Notes: a model not told the origin generated them from the sequence alone. 52,181 nucleotides of DNA from Verrucomicrobiota bacterium (GCA_045046875.1 JASFYY010000109.1:1-52181), one strand, 5' to 3'; counted from the stretch's first letter, positions 9,676 to 19,365 are shown. A program made the numbers and translations.

Positions 9676-11130
9676 TTAAGCCAGTAGTTTCTCTACCACC
9701 TTGCCATGCACATCCGTGAGACGGAAGTCGCGGCCTTGGAAACGATACGTCAGCTCTTCGTGATCAAATCCAAAGAGGTGCAAGATAGTCGCGTGCAGAT
9801 CATGCACATGAACCGGATCTTCTTCCACCCCCCAACCAATTTCGTCAGTCGTCCCTATCGTCTGCCCGCCTTTGATCCCGCCTCCGGCCATCCACAAGCT
9901 GAACGAATAAGGGTGGTGATCACGACCGGTCACCGTTTTAAACCCACTGCGATTTTCCCCCAGTGGGGTACGCCCGAACTCACCTCCCCACACCACCAGG
10001 GTTTCATCGAGTAAACCACGCTCCTTTAGATCTTTCAATAAAGCCGCCACAGGCTGATCTGAAATTTTGGTATTGGTCGCCAGACCAGAGTTCAGATTGC
10101 TGTGCTGGTCCCAGGTGGAAAGGAACAAAGTCACAAAACGCACCCCCCGCTCGACCATACGCCGGGCGAGCAAACAATTGCGCGAGAATGATCCTTGGAA
10201 GCCCTTTTTATCACTCGCATCCGCCTCGCTGCGGTGCAGTCCATAAGCCTCGATCGTAGCCTTGGATTCGCCGGAAAGGTCAAGCAATTCAGGCGCCGCA
10301 GACTGCATCCGGTAAGCGAGTTCGTAATTTTTGATCCGACTGGCGATCTCCGCATGCCCACTGCGTGACAATCGCTGTTGATTAAGCTCGTTCACCGCAT
10401 CAATACTGCGACGCTGCATCGCATCTGTGATCCCCGCCGGGTTTTCAAGATTGAGCACCGGACTGCCCTGATTCCGGAACAAAGCTCCGGCATAACTAGA
10501 AGGCAAAAACCCACTCGACCATGAAGCCACGCCGCCCGGCAGACCACGCCCAAGAGTCGTGAGAACCACATAACCAGGCAGGTCACGCGACGGACTGCCC
10601 AGCCCATAGTTCAACCACGAGCCAAGTGTTGGCCATCCGCGCAGTGGCGAACCCGATAACATTAATAATTGTCCGGGCAAATGATTGAACTGATTGCAAT
10701 GCATCGAACGAATCAGCGCAATGTCGTCAACACAAGTGCTGAGATGAGGTAGCAGGTCGGACAGCTCCATGCCACACTGACCATACTTTTTGAAAGTCCT
10801 CGGACTGCCCATGATGCGCGCACTTTCCTTCTGAATGAAAGCAAACTTCACTTTGTCCAACATCGAGTCTGGCATCGGTTGCCCGTCGAGCTCGTTAAGC
10901 TTTGGTTTTGGATCAAAAAGATCCATCTGACTGGGACCTCCCTCCATAAAAAAATAAATGCAGTTCTTTGCCTTGGGCGCATAATGCGCCAGGGATTTAG
11001 GAACTCCGCCGGCCGCAAGCAAACCATCATCCCGCATCATCGAAGCCAGCGCCACGGCTCCCAGACCACTCGCTCCACTAGTGAAAAAATCGCGGCGGCT
11101 AACAGGTATATTTCCCCTATTTGGATTCAT
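9676..11130 (-). CDS. DUF1501 domain protein, Tat signal
   Basis: SRRDFF, FMEGGPSQMDLFDPKP, WDQHS, GEFGRTP and GRDHHP motifs; immediately downstream of the DUF1549/1553 gene. Confidence 0.92.
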   Translation of the reverse strand: MNPNRGNIPVSRRDFFTSGASGLGAVALASMMRDDGLLAAGGVPKSLAHYAPKAKNCIYFFMEGGPSQMDLFDPKPKLNELDGQPMPDSMLDKVKFAFIQKESARIMGSPRTFKKYGQCGMELSDLLPHLSTCVDDIALIRSMHCNQFNHLPGQLLMLSGSPLRGWPTLGSWLNYGLGSPSRDLPGYVVLTTLGRGLPGGVASWSSGFLPSSYAGALFRNQGSPVLNLENPAGITDAMQRRSIDAVNELNQQRLSRSGHAEIASRIKNYELAYRMQSAAPELLDLSGESKATIEAYGLHRSEADASDKKGFQGSFSRNCLLARRMVERGVRFVTLFLSTWDQHSNLNSGLATNTKISDQPVAALLKDLKERGLLDETLVVWGGEFGRTPLGENRSGFKTVTGRDHHPYSFSLWMAGGGIKGGQTIGTTDEIGWGVEEDPVHVHDLHATILHLFGFDHEELTYRFQGRDFRLTDVHGKVVEKLLA

Positions 11131-11138
11131 AACAGCTA

Positions 11139-13838
11139 TCAATTACGGGTAATAAATTCGTCCAGATTCATCACGATGCGCACAGCAGCGATCATCGAGG
11201 CTTCAGCGTTGATCGCATTTCGAGCCAAATCCGCGTGCGCCGACAACAAGGTCTGCATTTCAGCAGACAACGGTTCACGATTCAGACAGCGCTCATACAT
11301 TTCCAAAATCGCAGCTTCCGTATGCTTGCCGTATTTTGCATACAGCTCACTGCCCAAGGTCTCGGCGCATTCATAAAACACCGGGTCATTCAACAAGGTC
11401 AGCGCCTGCATCGGCGTATTGGTGCGATCCCTACGGCTACAGGAAACACTCGTATCCGGCGCATCAAAAGCCGTCAGCATCGGGTAAATCACGGTGCGCT
11501 TCAAAATAATATACATGCCGCGGCGATAAAGATCATCTCCTTGGCTAACCGGCCACTTCACACTGCGGCCCACCTCCGAAACAAAAGACGGCAATGGAGG
11601 ACGGATGCCCGGCCCTCCAATCTTCCGGGTCAATAAACCGCTCGCCGCAAGGTGAATGTCACGTACCGTTTCCGCACTGATCCGAAAACTGTTCTGACGC
11701 CAAAGCAATAAATTGCCCGTGGCATAATCCGCCAGTTCAGGGCGCACATCCGATGATTGGCGGTAGGACGAAGAATGCACAATCAACCGGATCATATCCT
11801 TCCGGCTCCATCCCAAGCGCCGGTATTCACTAGCCAACCAATCCAACAATTTTGGATGAGTCGGGGGCGAACCCTCCGTGCCAAAATCATCAGGGGTCGC
11901 CACCAAACCCTGACCAAACAGATGCAACCAGATCTGATTGACCGCCACCCTTGCGGTAAGCGGATTTGATTCATCAAACAACCATCGCGCAAGATCAAGG
12001 CGATTGGCTTGCCCTCCCTCACTGCTGCGCCGCAATGCATGCAATACCGCCGGCGTGCCCGGCACCACCCGATCCCCGTGCTGGGTGTAATCCCCCCGGA
12101 TATGGACAAAAGTCTCTCGCCGGTCTTTTTTCCGCTCAACAAAAGCGCGTGCCTTGGTCGATATTTTTGTCGCAGGCTTGTTTAAATGTTTCTCCAGCCC
12201 CAAACGCAGACGCCTCCACACCGGATCAAGCGAACGATAGAATTTTGCTATCTCCTGCGACTGTTCTGCCGAGCGTTTTTCAGCGGCAATCGCCAAGGCA
12301 CTTGCCGCCACCTCACTGATGATCGAAGGCTCCCCGATACTCGCAGCAGATGTCACCGCCAGACGAAAGTGACGCAGCGTTTTGCCCTTGCCGAATTTAT
12401 TGCGCAAAGTGAACTTTAAACGGCTGCCTGCCTTCAATTCGACAGGCTGCGCAAGCTCAAGCAGCAAGGTATGCGGCTGTTGCGGTTGCGTCACCACATG
12501 CCAACCTTGCGTTGATTTATTATCGAGCACGTGTTCAAGCTTTTGATCCTTCTCCGCAAAATCAGCTTTCACCGACTTGATTTTCAGAGTCTGCGGCTTA
12601 GCCCCCTCAACTTCCTGCTGCACCACCAAGCTCGACAAAACAAACGACCCATCCTTCGCTCGGCCAACCGATTTGCCCAACTGCTGCCCATAACCCGCTT
12701 CACCAAAAACCTGCAAACGAATCCCACTGATCCTTTGCCCAGCCGTTACCGGGCTTTCGATGAAATAGGTCACCGTATCCGGATCCTTACCCGTCACCAC
12801 AATCGATCCATCTTTCTGAACCTCCATCTTGTCACCCGCTCCCGATCTGGTTTCATCGGGTTTCAAAACCTCCCACTTCACTTTTGGCAAAACCACACTT
12901 TCCTCCCAGGCCGCCTGATTCGCTAGCAAACCCTCATTTTGATATTTTATAAGCGGCCGTTCAAGTTGCGCAGCTTTAGCCTGCCACGCTTGCTGAGCCA
13001 CCTTGTAATTCTCCAACGCACCCGGCAAAGGAGCGCTGATATTTTTCTCATCCGCATTGTTGAAAAAAGCATACAGCTGATAAAATTCAGCCTGGGTGAT
13101 CGGGTCATGTTTGTGATCATGGCACTCCGCACAAGCCACTGTCAGTCCCAGCCAAACCGTCCCCGTTGCGCTGACACGATCAATCACCTCCTTGGTTCGA
13201 TAAAGTGCCTTGTCCACTCCCGCCTCCGTATTGAGCATAGTATTGCGGTGAAACCCCGTCGCGATCTTCTGCGCCAGCGTCGCTTGCGGCAACAGATCCC
13301 CCGCCAACTGCTCGATCGAGAACTGGTCAAAAGCTTGATCTCGATTGATCGCTGAGATCACCCAGTCCCGATACACCCAGGCCCATGGACGCAGCGTATC
13401 CCCCAGATAACCGTCACTATCCGCATAGCGCGCCATGTCCAACCAATGACGCCCCCAGCGCTCACCAAAATGCGGTGAAGCCAACAGCTCATCGACCTTC
13501 TCCCGATAAGCTTGCTCCGCATCCTTTTGCCAGGCTGCCACAAAATCCACAACCTCCTTTGCCTGCGGCGGAAGCCCCGTCAGATCCAAGTGCAGCCGAC
13601 GCAACAAGGTCCGCTCATCCGCTTGCATAGAAGGTCGCAAATTTTCCACCTTCAAGCGTTCCCCGATAAAAGCATCGATCGGATTTTTCTCCCCCAACGC
13701 CGCCTTCGGCACCACCGCCCGAACGATCGGCTGGAAAGCCCAATGTTTTTGCTCTTGTTTTTCACCCGCCTGCAGCGACAAAAAACAAAAAACACTCGTA
13801 GCGTAAATAATCGCTGATAATAAAACTCGGGGGAACAT
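11139..13838 (-). CDS. DUF1549/DUF1553 (PSCyt2/PSD1) domain protein
   Basis: HWAFQP, NPIDAFI, GERWGRHWLDMARYADSDG, CAECHDHKHDP, NPLTARVAVN, PTHPKLLDWLA, TNTPMQALTLLND. Likely ATG 13838; the longer ORF start runs into the repeat block. Confidence 0.92.
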   Translation of the reverse strand: MFPRVLLSAIIYATSVFCFLSLQAGEKQEQKHWAFQPIVRAVVPKAALGEKNPIDAFIGERLKVENLRPSMQADERTLLRRLHLDLTGLPPQAKEVVDFVAAWQKDAEQAYREKVDELLASPHFGERWGRHWLDMARYADSDGYLGDTLRPWAWVYRDWVISAINRDQAFDQFSIEQLAGDLLPQATLAQKIATGFHRNTMLNTEAGVDKALYRTKEVIDRVSATGTVWLGLTVACAECHDHKHDPITQAEFYQLYAFFNNADEKNISAPLPGALENYKVAQQAWQAKAAQLERPLIKYQNEGLLANQAAWEESVVLPKVKWEVLKPDETRSGAGDKMEVQKDGSIVVTGKDPDTVTYFIESPVTAGQRISGIRLQVFGEAGYGQQLGKSVGRAKDGSFVLSSLVVQQEVEGAKPQTLKIKSVKADFAEKDQKLEHVLDNKSTQGWHVVTQPQQPHTLLLELAQPVELKAGSRLKFTLRNKFGKGKTLRHFRLAVTSAASIGEPSIISEVAASALAIAAEKRSAEQSQEIAKFYRSLDPVWRRLRLGLEKHLNKPATKISTKARAFVERKKDRRETFVHIRGDYTQHGDRVVPGTPAVLHALRRSSEGGQANRLDLARWLFDESNPLTARVAVNQIWLHLFGQGLVATPDDFGTEGSPPTHPKLLDWLASEYRRLGWSRKDMIRLIVHSSSYRQSSDVRPELADYATGNLLLWRQNSFRISAETVRDIHLAASGLLTRKIGGPGIRPPLPSFVSEVGRSVKWPVSQGDDLYRRGMYIILKRTVIYPMLTAFDAPDTSVSCSRRDRTNTPMQALTLLNDPVFYECAETLGSELYAKYGKHTEAAILEMYERCLNREPLSAEMQTLLSAHADLARNAINAEASMIAAVRIVMNLDEFITRN

Positions 13839-13935
13839 TGGCTGCAGCAGCTTACAAAAGAGCCGAGATTTTTCAAGCACATCCCTACATATAACCCGCA
13901 TCCCCCGCCCCTCCACCCCATCGCCCACATCGCAA

Positions 13936-14142
13936 CCTCCCAAGCTCCACATCCGCACAAGAAACAAACTACTAGGGGTTTGACCCTTTTTACCAGCACA
14001 AGAAACAAACTACTAGGGGTTTGACCCTTTTTACCACTACTAGGGGTTTGACCCTTTTTACCATTTTTCCTCCACCCCAAGTCCGCCTCCCAAGCTCCAC
14101 ATCCACACAAGAAATAAACCGCTAGGGGTTTGACCCCTTTTA
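13936..14142. repeat. Cluster of four CTAGGGGTTTGACCC(T/C)TTTTA palindromic units, the outer two inside a ~57-bp direct repeat
   Basis: Units start at 13972, 14013, 14040 and 14122; 13936-13992 and 14086-14142 are near-identical. Confidence 0.9.
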
Positions 14143-14169
14143 TCCTTTTCATCTCCTTTTATTTTATTA

Positions 14170-14198
14170 TTGCACTAAATAGTCAATTTTGTTATAAT
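14170..14198 (+). promoter_or_regulatory. Sigma70-type promoter of the STAS gene
   Basis: TTGCAC-17 nt-TATAAT with an extended -10 TGn, in an AT-rich tract. Confidence 0.65.
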
Positions 14199-14280
14199 TT
14201 CCACAGTTACAAAATTTACCGTAACAATATTTTGATTTTTTACTGCGTCCCTTGCTCCTGAAAATTTCACTCAGCTTACC

Positions 14281-14646
14281 ATGTTCCAGTTCCAAACCGG
14301 CCCCAGCGCCTTTCGAATCATCGTTGATGAATCCCATCTCGATGCCTCAAATGCCTATCAGTTCCGTTGTGAATTTGATGCCCACTGCCCTGACATCATC
14401 CATTTTGTCGACATCGATTTCACCCGGGTTGAATTGATCGATAGCTCGGGCATCGCCGCTTTGCTCAATATCCGCAAACGCATTCATTTGCCCATTCCAG
14501 TCGCGTTGCGCAATTCCTGCCCTTCCGTGCGGGGCATTCTACAAACCCTGCGCTTGCACCGGGTTTTCCAACTCGACGACAGCCTGACGGCCCAAACTCA
14601 CGACAACTGTTTCGATCTTGATCAACATGATCCTTCAATCTGTTAG
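14281..14646 (+). CDS. STAS domain protein (anti-sigma factor antagonist-like)
   Basis: LDASNA, IDFTRVELIDSSGIAALL (conserved phosphorylatable Ser) and VRGILQTLRLHRVF. Confidence 0.85.
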   Translation: MFQFQTGPSAFRIIVDESHLDASNAYQFRCEFDAHCPDIIHFVDIDFTRVELIDSSGIAALLNIRKRIHLPIPVALRNSCPSVRGILQTLRLHRVFQLDDSLTAQTHDNCFDLDQHDPSIC

Positions 14647-15002
14647 CCAACAACAGCTCTACCCACCTGTTTAAAATCTCTGGGAAACAATAGAACGGAA
14701 AGGCAAATTACGAATTAGATGGTGCTTACGTGAGCAGAGTCGTAATTCGAGTATCAAAAATGCGCGCGCGGTCTCGCAGTACTGCGGTACCCGCAGGGCG
14801 GCACAACCGTCAATTCGGCCCTCCAAGTGGACGGACAGGGTGAAATGCAAATTGGCGGATTCAAGGCTAAAACCTTCAACCAATTTCATAGACCACAGTT
14901 CATCCCTACCAATAACAATTGCCACCACCACACTCCCCACCTACTGTCCCACCACTTCCCCATCGGGGACTGCTAATTCCGAATTCTTAATTTCCATTTC
15001 CC

Positions 15003-15899
15003 TTGCCTTGGTATCTCCTCATTCCCTTTGTCAGCGCAGCGATTTACTCGCTGAGCACGATCTTCCTGAAACGCGGCATGCACGAGGGAGCCACGCCTCT
15101 CTACAGTTTTCACATCACTAACCTGATCGTCGGGGTCTGTTTCCTACCGATCATCCTGTTGGAAAAACAACCCATCGCCTGGCACTTGCTGCACCAGCCC
15201 ATATTAGCGGGCGTAGCCTTTTTTGCCGGCTCCTGGTTCACCTTCATCGCCATTCACCGGGGCGACGTCTCCCTCGTCACCCCCTTGATGGGCTCCAAGG
15301 TTATTTTTGTCGCTCTGTTAGCCGTGCTGCTCTCTGCCCAGAGCCCCTCGACCACCTTGATTTTTGCATCACTGCTATCAGCCATCGGCATCGCCGTCAT
15401 GGGCGCCAAGGATTTTGCCCACAGCCGCCATGCCGCGCTCACCATAAGCCTGGCACTGACCAGTGCCGCCGTGTTCGCACTTTGTGACGTACTGGTAGGC
15501 AAATGGGCCCCCGGCTTTGGCCCGATGGCCTTTCTCACTCTGTCCACCGTCGGACTAGCCGCGGTGTCACTGACCGCCTTAACCGCCATGGCTATCAAAA
15601 ACCGCAACTGGCAACCTCCAGCCCCTTCCCGCAAATGGGTCATTTACAGCGCCTTCATGGTCGGCGGGCAAGCCATTGGCATGGGTTACATCCTCTCCAC
15701 CAATGCGGATACCACCGGCATCAATGTGGTCTATGGATCCCGTGGACTCTGGGCTATCGTGCTGATCGCCGCCATCGGCCCGATGTTAGGAAATCGCGAG
15801 CGACAACTAGCCAAAAACGTTTTCCTCTACCGCCTGGTCGGCACCCTGCTGCTAACCAGTGCCATTGTTCTCGCTGTGATGGCAGGGAAACAGGGGTGA
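15003..15899 (+). CDS. EamA/DMT family transporter
   Basis: About 10 hydrophobic segments in two repeats; GDVSLVTPLMGSKVIFVAL. Confidence 0.85.
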   Translation: MPWYLLIPFVSAAIYSLSTIFLKRGMHEGATPLYSFHITNLIVGVCFLPIILLEKQPIAWHLLHQPILAGVAFFAGSWFTFIAIHRGDVSLVTPLMGSKVIFVALLAVLLSAQSPSTTLIFASLLSAIGIAVMGAKDFAHSRHAALTISLALTSAAVFALCDVLVGKWAPGFGPMAFLTLSTVGLAAVSLTALTAMAIKNRNWQPPAPSRKWVIYSAFMVGGQAIGMGYILSTNADTTGINVVYGSRGLWAIVLIAAIGPMLGNRERQLAKNVFLYRLVGTLLLTSAIVLAVMAGKQG

Positions 15900-15908
15900 A
15901 ACATAACC

Positions 15909-17840
15909 TCACTTCAACGCCTGAATAAACGCTCCCGTAGAAAACAAAATGAACATCGCCTGGTCCTTTTCCGGATCCACGACCAAGGGCGAAGTATCCG
16001 GTGGACGGATCACCTTCATGCGTGCCTCGCAATCCTTCACCGCCGGTAACAGCGTTTCGGCTTTTTCTCCGAGCAACTCAATCGTCCGCGCCGCGTGCTG
16101 AACCGCTGCCAGATTGTTATCCTCCAACGCCGCCGCCAATACCGGCAAAGCATGCTGCGGATGGCCATGGCGAACCAGGGCATTCGCAGCTTCGATGCGC
16201 ACACTGGCCAACTCCTGATCAGACAAAGCCGCGACCAGAGCCTGCACCGCTTCCGGTGAAAGAGACTCCCTGGCACTCAGGCCTACCGCCCCCCAATACC
16301 GAACCGCTCCAATATCCGCTTTCAGATTAACCACCAATTCCGCTTCCGAAGCCTTGCCGACTGCCGCCGCCGCATCGACCGGCGCTTGTCCATAATCAGC
16401 GACTCCCCCACGTGCCTGCTGCCATTGAGTGGATCCTGCACCTAATTGCCACGCCAGTGCTTCGGGCACAAAACCGAGATCCTTGCTATCACGGATGTGA
16501 GCAAATAAGTCCGCACGCATTTTTTTCAATACACCACGATGATCGTCAGAGCCCACTAGATTATTCAAATTCATCGGATCTGTCTGGCAATCATAGAGCT
16601 CCTCCAGATCACGGGAAGGACGGGCAAAATGCCATTGCGCCGGACTCATTTTTCCTGCATCACTCAAGCGGTAAAACTCATGGCGGATCTCGCCCAAATC
16701 CGGCCAGGCACTTGTTTGATTATAACCCAGATGCGGCATGAAATTACGAATATAGAGGTAACGTTTGTCCCTTACGGAACGTGCCAGATCCATCACCTCG
16801 TCGACCCGGTCACGGTGACCATATACGTATCGTCGCGCGTCAACCGCCTGTTTTCCCAAAAAAGCCTTGCCCTCCATGTATGCAGGAACCTCCACTTCAG
16901 CCAAACTCAAAACCGTAGGGCCAAAATCCACAAAACTCACCAATCGATCCGTGCGACTGCCCGGCTTTCCTGGTGCTAGGTGTTGATACTTTTTGGGAAA
17001 CCGCACCATCATCGCCACCTGCATACCGGAATCAAGTAATGCCCGTTTGTGTCTTGGCATACCTGAACCGTGATCGGAATAGAAAAAAACAATCGTATCC
17101 TCAGCCAATCCATCATCCTCCAATTGCTGCAAAATATCCCCCACCTGCTTGTCCATCACGGTGATGCAATCATAATAACGCGCTACGGTTTTTCGGATCA
17201 CCGGGGTATCCGGGTAGTAGGGAGGCAAAGGGACTTTGGCAGGGTCGTGGATTTCATCAGCGGACAATTTACTCTGCACTTCGCTGACAAATTTTTCGTA
17301 GGGCCACACCATCGTCCGGCTCTGGTGGGAAGTCATCAGATTGAAAATGCTGAAAAAAGGTCGTCCCCCTTTTTTCTTCCGCCAATGCGCGCTGTCGCTG
17401 CTCTCATCCCATGACGCCTGGATGATCTCCTTGGAATTACCACTATTGTAATCAGTCTTTACATTATTAGATGTATAATAACCCTCTTGGCGCAAAAAAG
17501 AAGGGAAGCCTTTCATGAATGCCGGCAGCGGAAAAGCCGACCGCATCTGCTGGGTTCCCATCGAGGTCGCGTAAAGCCCGTTGATCAAACAGGAGCGTGA
17601 GGGAGAGCAAACCGGAGCCGTGGCAAAAGCGTTTTCGTACAACACCCCTTCACTCGCCAACCGGTCTAGATTCGGCGTGATGGCAAAATCATCCCCGTAA
17701 CAGCCCAGCGTAGGGCTCATATCCTCGGCGGTGATCCAAAGAATATTCGGACGGTCCGCCTGCCCGGCATGACCCGCAGCCAGCATCAAACCAAATACCA
17801 AACAGAAAAACCACAGACCACTTAAAACCCCTCTTTTCAT
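15909..17840 (-). CDS. Sulfatase with C-terminal HEAT-like repeats
   Basis: RPNILWITAEDMSP, CSPSR, KTDYN, YSDHG, RDRVDE; helical VRYWGA/VRIEAANAL repeats at the C-terminus. Confidence 0.92.
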   Translation of the reverse strand: MKRGVLSGLWFFCLVFGLMLAAGHAGQADRPNILWITAEDMSPTLGCYGDDFAITPNLDRLASEGVLYENAFATAPVCSPSRSCLINGLYATSMGTQQMRSAFPLPAFMKGFPSFLRQEGYYTSNNVKTDYNSGNSKEIIQASWDESSDSAHWRKKKGGRPFFSIFNLMTSHQSRTMVWPYEKFVSEVQSKLSADEIHDPAKVPLPPYYPDTPVIRKTVARYYDCITVMDKQVGDILQQLEDDGLAEDTIVFFYSDHGSGMPRHKRALLDSGMQVAMMVRFPKKYQHLAPGKPGSRTDRLVSFVDFGPTVLSLAEVEVPAYMEGKAFLGKQAVDARRYVYGHRDRVDEVMDLARSVRDKRYLYIRNFMPHLGYNQTSAWPDLGEIRHEFYRLSDAGKMSPAQWHFARPSRDLEELYDCQTDPMNLNNLVGSDDHRGVLKKMRADLFAHIRDSKDLGFVPEALAWQLGAGSTQWQQARGGVADYGQAPVDAAAAVGKASEAELVVNLKADIGAVRYWGAVGLSARESLSPEAVQALVAALSDQELASVRIEAANALVRHGHPQHALPVLAAALEDNNLAAVQHAARTIELLGEKAETLLPAVKDCEARMKVIRPPDTSPLVVDPEKDQAMFILFSTGAFIQALK

Positions 17841-17869
17841 TCCCTACTCATTTTTATTGGCAAACCACA

Positions 17870-17894
17870 GGAGTGCGGACTTTTCAGTCCGCAC
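17870..17894. repeat. GGAG-preceded hairpin (REP-like or terminator)
   Basis: GGAGTGCGGACTTTTCAGTCCGCAC; perfect 8-bp stem GTGCGGAC/GTCCGCAC. Confidence 0.5.
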
Positions 17895-17916
17895 AAGTTG
17901 ATATTATCACAACCAG

Positions 17917-19191
17917 CTACTCACTCAGCGCAAAACTCCCACCTTCCGTAGTGCTGCGGACAAAAATCTTCCCCTCCGCTACAGCCGGAGTGCTCCAACA
18001 TTTTCCACCCACCGCCTTGGCGCGGCCCAACTCCTTATAAGACGAAGCATTGGCATCGACCAAAACCAACTCACCCGTATCCGACAGCGCCAGCACATTA
18101 CCTTCTTTAGTCAGAACCACATTCCCAGGACCAAAGCCCTCTTGTTTCCATTTCATCTTGCCCGTGCTGATTTCCACACAAGCCAGTGGCCCTTTGCCAT
18201 ATTGCTTAAAGCTGAACATTCCATAAAGATAGCCATCCTTCACCACCGGTGTGCTCCAGTGATTGATATTTTCCTTCGGAGTGCGCCAGATCTCTTTAGC
18301 CGAGAGTTTCGCCCCGCTTTTAGAAATCTTCACCGCTCCGGCTCCGACCCCATAACCCGCCGAACAATAAACAATATCTTGCCAAATCACCGGAGAAGCA
18401 GCCGTTGATACCTTAAAAGGAAAAGCATAACGCCACAGCACATCTCCTTTTTCCGGAGTGAGCGCCACCAATCCGCTCTGGGTAAAAAAGACCACCTGTT
18501 TCACCCCCTGAACCTCGCCCACGATCGGCGTGGCGTGAGTGATCTGATCGTCCTCAGCTTTCCAGATCACTTTGCCGTCCGATTTATTCAAAGCCAACAA
18601 AGCCTGCCCCTTGCCTCCACCCGCCACATAAAGGCGCTGCCCGTCGATCACCGGCGAAGCCGCGTTCTGCCACTTGATATTTTGCGCCCCATTCTCCTTC
18701 ACCAGGTCACGTGCCCAGACCTCACTGCCATCCGACAGCTTCAAACAATGCACCACCAGAAAAGCATCAAACACATAAACATGATCACCATCGATCGCCG
18801 GCGTAGAGCGCGAACCGTCTCCGCCCTTGTTTTTTTTGGTTCCGGCACCACCACCACCGTCCAACTTTCCGCCTGTCCCGAGATCCACCGACCACACTTT
18901 TTTGCCGCTGCCCTCATCAAAGGCCACACAAGTTTCGACATTCTTCTTGCCCACCTTTTCAGTCACCAAGGTCACCACCTTGCCGCCGCCGATGGCAAAA
19001 GAGCTGAAGCCGTTTTTGGTTTCGACCTTCCACAGCTTTTTAGGCCCGGATGCCGCAAAAGCCTTAGCTGAAATAGACACCGCCGAAGTGCCATCACCCT
19101 TCGAACCCCGGTAAGCCGACCAATCTCCTGCATGAGATGAGGCAATCGAAAAAACAGAAACAACGGCAAGGGACAACAGTGGTTTGATCAT
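17917..19191 (-). CDS. PQQ-binding-like beta-propeller protein (BamB-like), secreted
   Basis: DWSAYRG, RSTPAIDG, repeated G..W blades, CWSTPAVAEGKIFVR. Likely ATG 19191. Confidence 0.88.
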   Translation of the reverse strand: MIKPLLSLAVVSVFSIASSHAGDWSAYRGSKGDGTSAVSISAKAFAASGPKKLWKVETKNGFSSFAIGGGKVVTLVTEKVGKKNVETCVAFDEGSGKKVWSVDLGTGGKLDGGGGAGTKKNKGGDGSRSTPAIDGDHVYVFDAFLVVHCLKLSDGSEVWARDLVKENGAQNIKWQNAASPVIDGQRLYVAGGGKGQALLALNKSDGKVIWKAEDDQITHATPIVGEVQGVKQVVFFTQSGLVALTPEKGDVLWRYAFPFKVSTAASPVIWQDIVYCSAGYGVGAGAVKISKSGAKLSAKEIWRTPKENINHWSTPVVKDGYLYGMFSFKQYGKGPLACVEISTGKMKWKQEGFGPGNVVLTKEGNVLALSDTGELVLVDANASSYKELGRAKAVGGKCWSTPAVAEGKIFVRSTTEGGSFALSE

Positions 19192-19285
19192 GGTATTTAA
19201 GGAGGAAATAAATTTTTCAACCATACGCTAAACCGCTACCGCCATTGGTCAATACAAACTGAATCCGGGAGAATATGGAAGCCCC

Positions 19286-19365
19286 CGGGCAAGCGAAGCT
19301 CCCGCCCAACAATTTATTAAGGATTCAAGGCAGACTATTGTAGGGCGGGCGCTCCGCCCCTGCCC
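19286..19365. repeat. Inverted pair of GT(A/T)G-type REP-like palindromes
   Basis: 19286-19310 reads GTTGGGCGGGAGCTTCGCTTGCCCG on minus; 19340-19365 reads GTAGGGCGGGCGCTCCGCCCCTGCCC on plus. Confidence 0.6.

Noticed and set aside
13936..14142. Possible CRISPR array
   Set aside because: Gaps are about 17, 3 and 58 nt and partly repeat each other; there are no unique equal-length spacers and no cas genes in the window.
13652..14152. 166-aa minus-strand ORF with repeated peptides
   Set aside because: It is a translation of the DNA repeat block and overlaps the DUF1549 gene out of frame.
14696..14750. c-di-GMP-I riboswitch-like GGAAAGGCAAA
   Set aside because: No GNRA-capped P2 stem or following GCAAA/receptor stem could be built.
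14832..14860. FMN riboswitch-like start (GGACAGGGTGAAAT...GGCGG)
   Set aside because: It lacks the TCCC pairing partner and all downstream RFN conserved blocks.
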